Below, in pieces: positions 36,546 to 51,214 of a DNA stretch of 64,000 nucleotides. Position 1 is the stretch's first letter. Every line of letters starts with the position of its first letter. The position numbers and the translations under genes are program-made. Under the pieces are notes generated by a model that made no database searches, had not been told where the DNA came from, and saw only the letters and a list, made by a program, of their open reading frames with translations. Source of the stretch: Euprymna scolopes (taxonomy: Eukaryota); the NCBI GenBank assembly GCA_053919585.1, contig CM132796.1; one strand, 5' to 3'.

Positions 36546-39500
36546 CGGATTACTTTTAGGTAATGTATTTGTAATTTATCGTAGAGCTAACTATATGTCT
36601 ATAAAATCAATATACTAGCCACGGATTAGTACTATAATCATACCCATTTGTTAACCTTGGTTCGTATCGAGTCAATAGTTTTTCCTTCTTTTTTGTTGGA
36701 ACTGCATAATTAATAACTTATTTGTGTGTGTCGAACGTCCCCTGCAATCTTATTGTCAGCAGCACGTATTTTGCTCATCTGATCCATGTTTCTTTTGTGA
36801 ATAACCATGTAAATCATCATTGCCATCTATCCGTTTTACAGTAAGATTTAGCATTGTATAATATGAGAAAGAACATTTTTTCTCTAAGTTGGAAGTGGAT
36901 TTTATGATATATTTTTCACGGCGTTGTTTTCTATGAGTTAACAATAATTGATCAAACACAGTTTTTAATTATACTTACAAACCATGATTATTTGGAAGAA
37001 CGAACATTATTATACTATATACCTACAAAAGATCTTGAATGAGTTATTCGGGGGAGTACTAACTCTCTTAAACGCTCGTTTTGAATGTTGAACTTTTGAA
37101 GAGTTCTACCTGATTATTGCTTTTCGCATGATACGGTAAGATTGTAATATCTTTCACTAAATATAAGACAGAATGAGTGTAAATTCTCTAGACATGGATC
37201 GCATTATTTTTTAATACCATGGACGACCAGATCAATGGTAGAATAAATTGAAACACCTATTCTTACATATGTAGTTGTTTTATTTTTACTTATGATATAC
37301 TATTTCTGTTCATTTCGAAAGACTGTCGCCCATTATTACGTAATAGAAACAAACCATTGAGTCAGTAGTATCTATGTGGATATTAGACCACGGGTGGTCA
37401 ACTTTCAGCTTATGTTTGATATTTATTGCAAATGTCTTATGCCCTTGTTTATACATGCCGAATACATATAGGTTCTAATGCGATTTCCATTCCCACTGCT
37501 GAGACGACATATGAAATTTTTTTCTGTAAAACTGAAGGAATAACTATTGAATCACCGGACGTAACTACTTTATCAACGATTGAATCAGATTCCGAAACAT
37601 GTCGAAGTCTTTTATTTGACTTTTAAATTAAAAAAAAGTCGTCTGACGCCTATCTTCTCAAATGGCTTTGTGCAATATATCTTTAACTTCTATCTCAGTT
37701 TAAATGGAGGCAATGACTGGCCTTAAAGATGTTGAGCATGTTTTGAAATAAATCAAGATTATCCGACAGCGTGACTACCTTTTAACGATGGGATACACTC
37801 AATTCTGTAATTATAATTGAGGAGAACGGTGTATTATTTCTACAGATTGTTTACAGTATCTCCTGTATTACTGTAACCTTATCCGATAACCAACACTCTG
37901 TGGCCTCAGTCGCAATGTAGACAAAGAATAGAAAAGGACTTCAACTCGCGCTGTCTTTGTAATAACGACATCATGCCCTCATTGTAATGTCCGTAAAACC
38001 ACTTACCTGATCTCGGACGTCATCTATGTCTCTCACGTGATCTCGTATGTTATCCGCTTGTTATAGATTTTTACTTTACTGGTGTCGTCCGCGCTATGTA
38101 ACATTACTCTTCTCAATCAATAACACACAATATATTCCATGAACAAATCGATGACATTTGGTGATCAGAAAAAATATTCAGTTCTATTCTTGACAAACTT
38201 TTATCTTATGTAGTAGTTATGTAAGAAACCCGTGAGTGATATATTCTAGCGATCCGGGTTAGGATGTATTATACAGGCTCTAATGCATTACGAGCTAGCA
38301 GAAGTTGTCCCAATGTTTTCAAGATATGGATTGTACTAGATCGTCTGTAAATGTTTATTCTATTAAAACTATAAATAGCGCCAATGTAATCTGGCTTTAT
38401 TATATGAGTTTTATTCGTAGTTTTAGGAAGGAGTCGGTTCTTAAGATTTTAGATAGGAAATATCCAGTAGAGGAAAAAGGCATATATGTATATTTACGAG
38501 CTTATGCTTGTAAATATACATATATGCCTTTTGCCTTATATGCCTTTGATGAGGATGCACGAACAATAAAGACATATAACTTAATAAAGGACAAGTAAGC
38601 ACGCATTACTGTAGAGAGGTGTATATAGAAAGAGATAAGTAGAAAAAGAAATAAATAGAAGGCGAGAAAGCTAATGAAATAGAAAAAGGAAACGGAAAAG
38701 AAAACTACTGATGTCAAAGCAAGACTATGAGCAAATGAAAAAGGGGGTCTCTATTGAATATATTTGTTTATTTTTTTCAAATGCTTCATCGTATTTTGTT
38801 GTCCGAATATAATTTTCTTTTTAATTTTTAAATTCATTTAAAAAAGCACGAAAAATGTGCATATTTTCCACGAGCACATTATTATGATTTGCGAAAAAAT
38901 ATTGTAGTGGTCTTACATTTTACAGAGCCGCAATGTTTTTTTTATAAAACATAGCTGCACTTTCGGTTTCGTCTTCTTCCATCTTGAAATTTGACCAAAG
39001 TATTTTACTATTCCATGAAAACATCGCATTTTAACCAATTGTCTTGTATTTTCTTAAATACTTCCTAAGCATGTAATTTGCGCTGCTCTGTGCTTAAACC
39101 GATCATTAAAATCTCATCTAGGCTTGAATTCCAGTTCAGTAAGTAAAGAATTTCTTACCTGTTGGAAAACGGCTCGTGCAACCCTAATGAAATATAGTAA
39201 TCTCGAATCATTAGAATGCCATCTAGGTACAATTGCCTAAATTCAAGTTCGTAAAATATAGCATATATTACTTGTTTGAAAATAGGTGGTGCAAAATTTG
39301 CTCATAAAATTAAATTGTATACGTAGTTTATGAAGCAAGTTACTGATACATGCGTTAAGTTTTATTGTATATATTAAAATAATATTCAATATTATATTAC
39401 ATTTTAAAGATAATTTCTTTTATAGAGTGACGTGAAACTAAATATTGATTAAAAAACTGTTTTTAATCTAAGTTAAGTTTCGTCATTATACGAAGAACAT

Positions 39501-39546
39501 CGCCTGAGTGAAGAGATTACAATTCCGTGTAACAGCATAATGTAAT

Positions 39547-39603
<57 letters not shown>

Positions 39604-39606
<3 letters not shown>

Positions 39607-40450
39607 TTCTTGCGGTGTTTAACTTAAATTCCGATGAAAATATCTCTAGCAAAAGTTTATTGATCAAAATAAGCACCATCAGAATCAATAATTTTACCGA
39701 CATAACATAAAAAGCTTGTGGTCTGATGGGGATGAAGTCACTGAAGGTGTTTTTTTGATATCGCTTAGGTTTGTGAAGCATTTCTCATGCAGACAGTTTT
39801 CAATATGCTTGAGAACGTGGAAGTCTGTAGGTAAGAGGTGTGGAAATTATGGCGGATTATGCAGAGTTTAGTAGCCCAATTGGTTCAACTACTGTAACTT
39901 TTCTATTGACTAATGCCAAGTATTTTTGTCGGAGTTTCTGGTGCCTTTAATCCATTTGTTGACAGTACTTCTCCGTCGTAATGGTTTCGCCTGCATTAAA
40001 AAAAATGTAAAAGATGTGACCAGTCGCAGATCACTAGTCAGCATGACCTTCTTGTGGTACAAGTCTGGTGTCGTGAAACTTTAATACAGTTTTGTCCTTC
40101 CTATCTCTCAACTGGTTGAAAATCGTATATGTTACATCTAATTCAGGAGAAAAGGTACCGTGTATTGGTTTAATCTAATCTTCTTCTAATTCGTCTTCAG
40201 AAATACTCGTCACTGCAACGAAATTTCTTAAACAAGCATTGTGCTCTGCGTCCAGTTGTTGTTACTGGGTAAAACGCTTCGTTGATATCGCGAACTATTT
40301 CAGCAGATTTTAGGTTTAACTTGATTCGAAATAAGAGAATTGTGCTAATTTGCTTTTTTCATCTTATACTCAACGTTCTGAAAAAAACATAATTGTTTTA
40401 AAACGATTGTAATTTAAACGATTAGATACAGCGAAAACCACTCTTAAAAT
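39604..40450 (-). pseudogene. Decayed mariner element (second subfamily)
   Basis: Minus strand: KKVML, GETITTEKYCQQMD, KLRQKYLALVNRK, HNPP*FPHLLPTDFHVLKHI, DSDGAYFD*. Confidence 0.8.
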
Positions 40451-40883
40451 GAAAAGCAAAGGTATTATTACGAAAACCTATTTGAAAATACATCATTTGA
40501 AATAAAAAAATNNNNNNNNNNNNNNNNNNNNNNNNNNNNNNNNNNNNNNNNNNNNNNNNNNNNNNNNNNNNNNNNNNNNNNNNNNNNNNNNNNNNNNNNN
40601 NNNNNNNNNNNNNNNNNNNNNNNNNNNNNNNNNNNNNNNNNNNNNNNNNNNNNNNNNNNATGTGTACATATATGCATACGTATACGTGCTTATGTACATA
40701 TATATATACACATATGTATATACATCTGTATACATANNNNNNNNNNNNNNNNNNNNNNNNNNNNNNNNNNNNNNNNNNNNNNNNNNNNNNNNNNNNNNNN
40801 NNNNNNNNNNNNNNNNNNNNNNNNNNNNNNNNNNNNNNNNNNNNNNNNNNNNNNNNNNNNNNNNNNNNNNNNNNNNNNNNNNN

Positions 40884-41524
40884 GTTTGTGTGTATGTTTG
40901 GATGTCTGCTAAAAACTTTCGCCAGACGCGACGAAAATTCACAAGCTCGGTATCACAGCGAAGCTCCATCCTTTGCTCGAAAAATATCGAAAAATTGGCC
41001 AAAAACGTTCACTTTTTCACCCCGAAATCGACAATTTTCGACAGGGTGGGGGTCAACAAAAACGGTCCTCTAGTGACAATGATCGATTCTACGCATGCGT
41101 CAGATGACGTAGGGACCTGATTTACTTTAAATAGTTGAAAAACTTAATGTACGTCGCTTTAGCTCAATTGGTTAAGGCGTTGGTTCATTATCTAAACGTT
41201 TTGGGTTCGAATCGTGGTGTGAGATATTTTTTTTTGTTTTTCGATTTTTTAAATTTAAATATTGAATCAGTGTTATTTAAGTTATTTTTCACGTAATGTT
41301 CGTTTTTCTGTTTTTTTTTAACTTCGCTTATTCTTAGCGACACCCAAAAACACCCGGGTACCCACCGATTTTTTAAATCTTAATATCGAAACAGGCTTAT
41401 TTAATCCATTCTTCACGTGTTCTTTTTTCTGTTCTCATCGTTCGTTTGCCTTAGCTTTTTGTGTTTTTTTCCCGCTTAAGTGTTAACGTTGTTTTCGTTT
41501 TTTACTTCGCTTATAACAAACGTA

Positions 41525-41557
<33 letters not shown>

Positions 41558-41764
41558 AACGCATGACGACTTCCGGCCGCGCACCTGTCAATTTGATTCT
41601 TACTTAAATAAATTAAAACATCTTTCACTAACTCATTTTGGCTGGCCGGTTTTATTTTCAAACTTCGCCTCAGGGCTTCGGGTTCGATCCTACCCCCGGG
41701 TTTTTTTTTATTTAACACCACACACACCTACAAACACCCGGGCAACGCCGGGTACCCCCGCTAG
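40884..41764 (+). mobile_element. Non-autonomous Helitron-like element containing a tRNA-like segment and (CGT)n
   Basis: 3' hairpin cccgggcaacgccggg + CTAG|t (41761-4); the 5' end lies in the N gap. Confidence 0.7.
41153..41225 (+). other. Degenerate tRNA-derived sequence (A and B boxes)
   Basis: tagctcaattgg (A box) and ggttcgaatc (B box) at tRNA spacing; the acceptor stem does not pair. Confidence 0.6.
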
Positions 41765-43439
41765 TATATACATATATATATATACATATATATATGTATA
41801 TATATATATGTATATATATTTATTATGACATCAAGCTCAATATCCTCTTAATTACTTTTTATTTTCTGAAATTCTTCTGTTAATTTTTGTAGAGTTAAAC
41901 TTGGTTCAATTTTATAAAGGTTTGTTAAAACGCGCATAAATTGTTCTTGTATTTTCAGTTGCTGGACCTGTAATTTAATCAGTTGTCTCTATATATGTCT
42001 AACATTTTCGTCCGAGTTTTTTATTAGAACATTTTTGATGATCGATTGATACTACTATTTTTTTTTATCTCTGTTATTCTCTAATTGGTCTAGAGCTTCC
42101 AGATGGGGGCGTCCATGGAAGCGGTTGGTATTAATAAAGAACGTATAGATTATATTATATTTAAATAGTGTTCGGTTTAAAGCAAGTTTTATTCGCCCTT
42201 ACGTCCAATCCAAAAGTTTTATATTTTATAAAAAGAATTTTAAAAAACGTACACGGCACAGAATGGATTTTGAAATATTTAACAGCGAGGCCGATACTAA
42301 ACAAACACAAAATCTGTTGACTATGTTAAATTGCGTAGACAGAAAAGGAAAAAGGCAAAAAAATATATTTCTCACACCTTTTCTATTTTTGTTACGGAGC
42401 AGTTCAAGTTTTATTTATTTTTTGTTTCATCCGCTTTGAAGACAATGACTGTTCTGACATAGAGGTTCACACGTGTTCATTTTTTCGTCATCAGTTCTCT
42501 GTGCAATACGAAATGCTTTTTTCCGTTTATTTCCATAATAAACTGCTGCATTGGTTTTTAGAAAAAATACGCGTCTTGGAGATATTTAAACTTGAAATTT
42601 CTACCTGTTTTTTTTATTATTCTTATATCGCTAGTGTTGTACACACTAGAGTGCTTGCTTGAGTTTCTTTCGAAAAATCACTGAATCGAGGGCTGTCATT
42701 GTTGTGCCATACTGGCTGTTTAAACTTGTTATCTCTGCGATAGTTTTTCGAATTCCCTCGTCGCCACTGTTATGTCCCCGTTTAAGAGCTCACAAGGAAA
42801 AGAGAACACGGGAATAAGGAAACAAATGAATTGACAGGAACATGCAAAAGAAAAGGTTGTTCGTTCAAACAACTTTGATCGTCCACCGAAAATCGACTCA
42901 ATATTTATTCACGTAATAAATACAAAACACATGAAATGTGACACAATGCAAGGGGGGTAAGTCTGGGCTTAACTTGTATTTTAAATTAACTACTAACAAT
43001 CGGCAAAAGAAAATCTCTCCTACGACTTACTTATAATAGAAAATGATAATATATACTTTATGTAGGAAATTTGGAAAATAAAAAAGTTATATACAACAAA
43101 CATAAAATATTTACAATGAGAAATATTGTTAATATATGTACCCCCTCCGGTAGAGACTGTGGCAGATTAGTTCTGTCAGTCGGAAAAAATAAATGTAGCT
43201 TCCACTGACATGTAAATAAAACAAAACCTTTTTAGAATGTAAGTAACCTTACATTTACAAAATAACGAATCTGTCAGATAATTTAGGACAGAGGTGAGAT
43301 TTATCAACCAAAAAATAGGGTCCAAAAAGGGGCTTATTACATTACATGCTAAACACGTTAAAATTTGGAAAACTCACCAAATAACTGGGTCAAAAGAATG
43401 GATTGCAGTTCTTTTTGGCTACCCATTATTCTGTAACCC

Positions 43440-44300
43440 ACCTCAAAGTACCATTCAAAATTAGATCCAATCAAACGACAGACGCCAAACTTTTACGCAC
43501 CTAGCGTTGAAATCTGCTGAAGAGAGTTTCAACTTCTCTAGGCATTTATAAATGGTTTTTGAAAAGGTGCACAAACTGGGGAGCAGTAAAGATTTAATCC
43601 ACGTAAACTTCTCTCGCATCGATAATATCACGCCTCTCATAACCGCTAGTAGGCAAAGAAATGCATAGTATTCTTCATAATCAGTGCCCAATTGCAAGTA
43701 ACCGAAAAAGCCTTCAGGAAAAAGAATTGTCTGTTCAACATACGAACCGCGTAGCATTCAATTAACCTACACAACAAGCGCAATATAACGCAGTAAAAGA
43801 AGTTCCCAGTTCACGTCGAACACAATTCGTTGTCTCTGCTATGCCTGCTGCGTAAAGAGTTTTGCCGACCCAGAGTGCATTTCTTATCAGCCAGATGAGT
43901 GATGCCCCATAATTTTGAAAACAACTCATCCCGGACGGCCAAGGTCAACTTACATGGAGCTTTGTCTTCTTAAGATATAGTGCCTTACAGGACAACCGCC
44001 GGGTGTCAGAGCGGCTTTCCTTCACACGTAGCATGAACTTCAAGGCACGGCGACATTCGCGATAAAAATCATTCGCCTATGCAAAAAATAACCATTTACC
44101 AAACACCGTTTTATTTACTGGATATTTTCCGGTGCAAGGACTCAAGTTTGCCCAGCTGGGCAAACTAGGGTTCTTATGTTTTAAAAGACCACAAAAAGGT
44201 GGTGGTCTTGATCGCTTTTAATACTTCCAACACAGTTTTCACCAACTGGATATCTTGATCAAACCAGAGGAAGAGTATCTTGCCCAGCGATTACTTACCA
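43440..44300 (-). pseudogene. L1/Tx1-clade non-LTR ORF2 C-terminal relic
   Basis: FYRECRRAL..SCKALY, LIWLIRNALWVGKTLYAAGIAETTNCVRR and FLCLLAVMRGVI resemble the zf-RVT region. Confidence 0.5.
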
Positions 44301-47300
44301 TAAACGTTAATATTTTTCGCGTTTGGAAAGTTATCTGGGTTTGCAACGCTTCCTTCTTCACCGTCTTAAATGCAAACAATTTTTTATGGGTGCAACTTTT
44401 AGACCCTTATTTTCTAATAGGGTTCCTCTCACGTTTTTGAGAAAGGGTAGGCATAGGCGTGGAAGGATGGCATATTTTGGGGAATACTGCATAGAGTGGA
44501 GGACGAGGAGAACCTATAAGAAGTGGTCTCAACTTATTTCTTATTTTAAGTGGAATGGACTTGTTTTTTCTCTTAGGTACAGAATTGACTGGGGAAGAGG
44601 TCTCAGCTCTGAAAGACGTAATAAGAGGGATAAACTTAAATACCTTTTAGATAGTGTAGATTTAACAGTAGGAGAGTGTCTATATTTTTTTTATTGGTAA
44701 AAAGCTTTGAGATATTTGATGTTAATGGCAAAGGGTTTTTAATCATCTTTTCTGCAGTTGTCTAGCTTATTTTTATAGTATGGTCTTATATTTTTCTTCT
44801 CCAGGATGTTCAATATACGTACTCGCATTCGAGACAGAAGCTGTGATATACTGATTGCAGAAGCTTAGAAAAGGTATCTGGTATGGTCGGGCCACCTGCA
44901 TTGAGGTTTCGGTTCCTTATACTATCGAACAGTACAGAAAGCTTCAACAGGTCCGCCAGAAAAAAAATCTTATTCAACCCGGTTGCATGTTCTATCCAAA
45001 GAACTAGCCATACGTCGCAGAGTACGGATTTGTGTTGCGGCTACCGCCGTGTGAGTTACGTGTGTAAAAACAAATAGACTTCAATATGTGTATTAGTGTA
45101 TACGTTTTGTGAATAAGACACCGTATGTGTTAATCCCGGATTGAGTCATATGCGTTTAAGTGTGCATAAATAAAATAGACATATAATTAAGATGTGTGTA
45201 CATTAACGTGCTTGTTTTCTTACTGTGCAAAAGTCTTAAAAGTATCTACATTTTTGTCTTGTTTATTAATCTATGAAAGTCTCGCATTATGTGTAGCTTG
45301 CGTGCCGAGAGACTTGTCTGTTGTCTTTGAAACAAATAAATAAAAGAGAACCAATGTTTTATAGTACTCACTGTGATACCATCCATCCAGCGCGGCCGTA
45401 GCCGATATTGAACTCAGTACACGAGATTCGAATCTTGTCGGTAGCTGAATACTTTATGCTTCGCCACGGTTATCAAGGGTATTTTTTATCGTTACGCCAT
45501 CACTAGACACGGCTTAAGAGAGTCCAATCTAACCTTGAGAGAAGAACAGACCGTTCCAGTTTTTCAACCTGGTATTTTACCCCGCAGTATTTTACCTCGC
45601 TGTGATTACGAGATGAATATATATTGCCTGGCTATTGATTGAAAAAACACTGATTAGATATTTTGTCGTATCAAGAAGTGATGCCTAAATTAAATATTCA
45701 GTTCATTTAATTAACATGCGCATTTGTGCATGCTTGAGATCAAGTTTACAACTATGTTGAAAAAAAGTGTCTCTTCAAAAAGTCAATAAGTAAAACTAAA
45801 CGAAAAGTAAGAAATCGATTAACTGGAAAATAACATTTTGAAAAAAAAAACAATTTGATTATTGAAGTTCAATTCGTGGTTTTATGTCTAGCTGTTGATT
45901 GATCGAACACCTGTTTATGAGATCGAACTGTTAATGCCCGAATAGACAAAATTGAACGTAGGAAAATGTCTTCAAAAGATCAATAACAAAACCGTCCTCC
46001 ACGTTTAACTAATATAATAGAAATGGCGAGATTTCCGTTTAGACATTTGTCTTTGTATCACCTATGAAGGATGCAGAATTAGTTGTGCAAAGTCTTACTC
46101 ATCTCCAATTACAAGGCACGTATGTTGATTTATACTATGTTTAAATCCGTCGTGTTTGCATCCAATGTGTAACTTGTTGTTTATTAAGCCTACCATCAGG
46201 GGTGACTGACTAATCTGTACGAAACGTAGAGCGTTACTAAATTACGTAAAAAATAAATATCACATTCTTTAATAAGTTCAGTCCTGCTAAGCGCACAGCC
46301 TTACAAAGTATTTTAGCCAATGATGTCCAACTTATTTTAGAACCTTGAATTTGATCGTAGACTTAGACCATTACGAGTTCGGTTAAAGTCGAAATTTGGA
46401 TGGAATCTTAATTCAGATATTAGTAATATTGATATATGATTCTCTTTGATGACAATAATCACTAAGCCAACACAAAACTGATAAAAGTTTTTCAGTTGTC
46501 GAGATTTTCATATATAATTTCGGTAACTATCATACAATATAACTAAGTAAGGCCAAAATAAAAATTTAGCCCAGGCCTATGTTGACAGACTGAATTAGAG
46601 CTTTGTACTCACGTGGAAATATCTACAAACTGAAACCTATTTTAAATACTGTTATTTTAATACTTTTTTGAGAGAGTAATAAAATAGAGTACGAAAAAGT
46701 CAATAATAAAAACCAAAGCGATGAAAATGAGCAAACATTTTTAAAGTGCTTTTCATTGTGCTTTAAACTGAAACATTCATTCGGAACGCGCCCCGGTCTT
46801 ATCAAAGAACCTACTGTTGATGTTATATGTCGCGCTATTAAGCTTGTGTGGTAATAAACCATCTCAAAGGAACTTGTAGTGTTACGCTGTATAAGATATA
46901 CATTTTGGTCAAAATCACTTGTTTCTATCTTTCAGGAGATTATTTCAATTATAGATTATCGATGCTTATCGAAGACATTCCGAAACAAACAAAAAAATAT
47001 CTAAGAATCTGCCAGTTAAAAAAAATACTTTCGTGAGAAATTTCATAGAAATCGACCCAGCTATTTTCGGGTCTATAGGGAATGATCTCGCAGACACTCA
47101 AACACAGTTACTTTTATATAATAGTAGAAAAATAGATAAAATAATATATATATATTAAAGTTACATGGGTATTAAATTATGGTATGAATTCGATTTTGAT
47201 GTAGTTATTTGTTATGTTTGAAATTTATGAGAATCGTGTAGTGCGTGTCATATTTCGTTTGTGCTTGCTGCCAAATGTTTTTCACGCATATAAATAAATT

Positions 47301-47479
47301 ATCACAGGAGAGTGAAAATATTGCCAAACACTCTAGAAATATAGAAATGAAAGCAAAAAGTCTAATATATAAAACAGCAATAATCCGTGTTAAAATGAAG
47401 CATTATTGTTATTTCTTCACAATATAATAAAACATTTTTTAAAAAGAAAAAGATGGAAATAATTTTTGAATGCACCAGA

Positions 47480-50400
47480 GACAAAAACGAAATAAAGTAA
47501 ACAACAAAATAGAGTACACAAAAACTAATTAATTAAATAACGAAACAAAGTAAACAAGGAAACAGAATAAACAATGCCAAAAAGTACAAGTAAGTAAAGT
47601 AAAAACGAAAACACGTAAACAACAAAATAGAGTAAAAACGAAGCAAAGTAAACAACAAAATAGAGTAAAAACGAAACAAAGTAAACAACAAAATAGAGTA
47701 AAAACGAAACAAAGTAAACAACAAAATAGAGTATAAACGAAAATACGTAAACAACAAAATGGAGTAAAAACGAAGCAACGTAAACAACAAAATAGAGTAA
47801 AAACGAAACAAAGTAAACAACAAAATAGAGTAAAAACGAAAAAGGTAAAAAGCAAAATAGAGTAAAAAGGAAAAAGTTAACAAAAATCTAGCAAAAACGA
47901 AACATCATAAACAACCAAATAGAGTAAAAACGAAACAAAATGAACAACAAAATAGAGTAAAATTGAAAAAACGTAAACAACAAAATAGAGTAAAAATGAA
48001 AAAAGTAAACAACAAAGTAAAGTAAAAACGAAACAAAGTAAACAGCAAAATAGAGTAAAAACGAAACAAAGTAAACAACAAAATAGAGTAAAAACGAAGC
48101 AACGTAAGCAAGAAAATAGAGTAAAAACGAAACAACGTAAGCAAGAAAATTGAGTAAAAACGAAACAAAGCAAACAATAAAATAGAGAAAAAACGAAACA
48201 ACGTAAACAACAAAATAGAGTAAAAACGAAACACGTAAACAAAAAATAGAGTAAAAACACACCAAAGTAAACAACAAAATATGGTAAAACGAAACAACGT
48301 AAACAACAAAGTAGAGTAAAAACGGAACAACGTAAACAACAAAATAGAGTAAAAACGAAAATACGTAAACAACAAAATAAAGTAAAAACGAAACAAAGTA
48401 AATTCATTATTTCTTCACAATATAATAGAACATTTTTTAAATAGAAAAAGATAGAAATAATCTTTGAATGCACCAGAGACAAAAACGAAATAAAATAAAT
48501 AACGAAATAGAGTAAACAAAAACTAATTAAAGTAAGCAACGAAACAAAGTAAACAAGGAAACATAATAAACAATCCCAAAAAGTACACACCGAATGAATT
48601 AAACAATAGAACAAACAACGGTAGAGAGTAAACAACGGTATAGAGTAAAAGACAAAAAAAGTAAACTACTACATAGAATAAACAATAACACAGAGCAAAA
48701 AATAGAGTAAACAGCCAATGAGAGAAAGCAATGGAACTAGAGTATACGACGAATTATAGGTAAGCAACAAAACAGAGTAAACAATTAAACAGATTAAAAA
48801 AACTAAACAGATTAAACAACGAAATAAGCTTAACAACGAAATAAAGCAAACAACTAAAGATAATAAGAAACTCACTAGAGTAAACAATTAAATAGAGTAA
48901 ACAATTAAATAGAGTAAACAGCTTACAAGAGTAAACAACGACTTTAATAAATAAAATAAACAACTAAATAGAGTGAATAACTAAACAGAGTAATCAACGA
49001 AATATAGTGAATACCGAGGTAGGGTAAACAATTAAACAGTGTAAACAGCAATCATAGGTACACAAAGATAAGAATACACAACAAAAAAGGAAACAATTAC
49101 ATAGAGTAAACAACGAAATAAGTCAAGCAACAAAACAGAGTAAACAAATAAGGTTCACGACGAAATAGAATAAAGAACTAAAATAGAATAAATTACTAAA
49201 CAGAGCAAACAACGACATGAAATAAACAGTAATATAAAGTAAAAAACAAAATAAAGTGATTAACTAAATAGTGTCACAAATAAACTTGTTATACACCAAA
49301 CAGATTGAACAAAGAAAATCAGTAAACAACTTAGCAAAGCAAACAACAAAATAGAGTTAAAACGATATAAAGTAAACAACAAAATGGAGTAAAAACGAAA
49401 CAAAGTAAACAACAAAATAGAGTAAAAACGAAACAAATTAAACAACAAAATAGAGTAAAAACGAAGCAAAGTAAACAAAAAATAGGGTAAAAACGAAACA
49501 ACGTAACCGACAAAATAGAGTAAAAACGAAACAACGTAAACAACAAAATAGAGTAAAACGAAACAAAGTAAACAACAAAATAGAGTAAAAACGAAACAAA
49601 TTAAACAACAAAATAGAGTAAAAACGAAACAAAGTAAACAACAAAATAGAGTAAAAACGAAACAAATTAAACAACAAAATAGAGTAAAAACGAAAGAAAG
49701 TAAACAACAAAATAGAGTAAAAACGAAACAACGTAAACAACAGAATAGAGTAAAAATAGGAACAACGTAAAAACAAAATAGAGTAAAAACGAAACAAAGT
49801 AAACAACAAAATAGAGTAAAAACGAAACAAATTAAACAACAAAATAGAGTAAAAATGAAACAACGTAAAAAACAAAATAGAGTAAAAATGAAACAAATTA
49901 AACAACAAAATAGAGTAAAAACGAAACAAAGTAAACAACAAAATAGAGTAAAAACGAAGCAAAGTAAACAAAAAATAGAGTAAAAACGAAACAACGTAAG
50001 CAACAAAATAGAGTAAAAACGAAACAACGTAAGCAACAAAATAGAGTAAAAACGAAACAAAGTAAACAACAAACTAGAGTAAAACGAAACAAAGTAAACA
50101 ACAAAATAGAGTAAAAACGAAACAAATTGAACAACAAAATAGAGTAAAAACGAAACAAATTTAACAACAAAATAGAGTAAAAACGAAATAAAGTAAACAA
50201 CAAAATAGAGTAAAAACGAAACAACGTAAACAACAGAATAGAGTAAAAATGAAACAACGTAAAAAACAAAATAGAGTAAAAACGAAACAACGTCAACAAC
50301 AAAATAGAGTAAAAACGAAACAAAGTAAACAACAAAATAGATTAAAAACGAAACAACTTAGACAACAAAATTGAGTAAAACGAAACAAAGTAAACAACAA

Positions 50401-51170
50401 AATAGAGTAAAAACGAAAAAAGTAAAAAGCAAAATAGAGTAAAATCGAAACAAATTAAACAACAAAATAGAGTAAAAACGAAACAACGTAAACAACAAAA
50501 TAGATTAAAAACGAAACGAAACAACGTAAACAACAAAGTAAAGTAAAAATGAAACAAAGTAAACAACAAACTAGAGTAAAAACGAAACAACGTAAACAGC
50601 AAACTAGTGTAAACACGAAATAACGTAAACTACAAAATAGAATAAAAACGAAACAAAGTAAACAAAAAATAGAGTAAAAACGAAACAAAGTAAACAAAAA
50701 ATAGAGTAAAAACGAAACAAAGAAACAACAAAATAGAGTAAAAACGAAAAAACGTCAACAACAAAATAGAGTAAAAACGAAACAACGAAAACAGCAAAAT
50801 AGAGTAAAAACGAAACAACGTAAACAGCAAAATAGAGTAAAAACGAAACAACGTAAACAACATAATAGAGAAAAAACGAAACAAACTAAACAAAAATAGA
50901 GTAAAAACGAAACAATGTAAACAAAAAATAGAGTAAAAACGAAACAAAGTAAACGACTAAATAGTGTGAATAACGAAATGCAGTAAACAAGGAAATGGAG
51001 GAAACAAAGAAATCAATTCAACAACGAAATAGAGGAAACAACGGTACATAGTAAACAAACAATTGGAGTAAATAGCGAAATTGACTTAACAACAGAATAA
51101 AGTAGATAACGAAGCAGTAAACAGTAGAATTGATTAAATTAACAAATAGAGTAAACACTGAAATTTTTTC
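47480..51170. repeat. A-rich satellite: 33-bp unit arrays (about 47600-48400 and 49330-50950) with diverged 16-17-bp-unit flanks
   Basis: Unit aacaacaaaatagagtaaaaacgaaacaaagta; produces the 11-aa FTLFRFYSILL pseudo-ORFs. Confidence 0.95.
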
Positions 51171-51214
51171 AATTACATTTTCACCCCACACAATGCACAT
51201 TGCCACGTGAATGT

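Noticed and set aside
36700-38100. Unassigned moderately complex sequence, possible decayed coding region
   Set aside because: Frequent stops in all frames and no identifiable motif
38860-39250. Possible piggyBac C-terminal cysteine-rich relic on the minus strand (RRRNRKCSY...KTTT)
   Set aside because: Too decayed to support; no TTAA-bounded TIRs identified
47529-50947. Many long hydrophobic minus-strand ORFs (FTLFRFYSILL repeats)
   Set aside because: Translations of a stop-free 33-bp satellite, open in several frames; not a gene
47600-50950. CRISPR-like periodicity
   Set aside because: No unique spacers and no cas genes; contiguous tandem units in eukaryotic DNA
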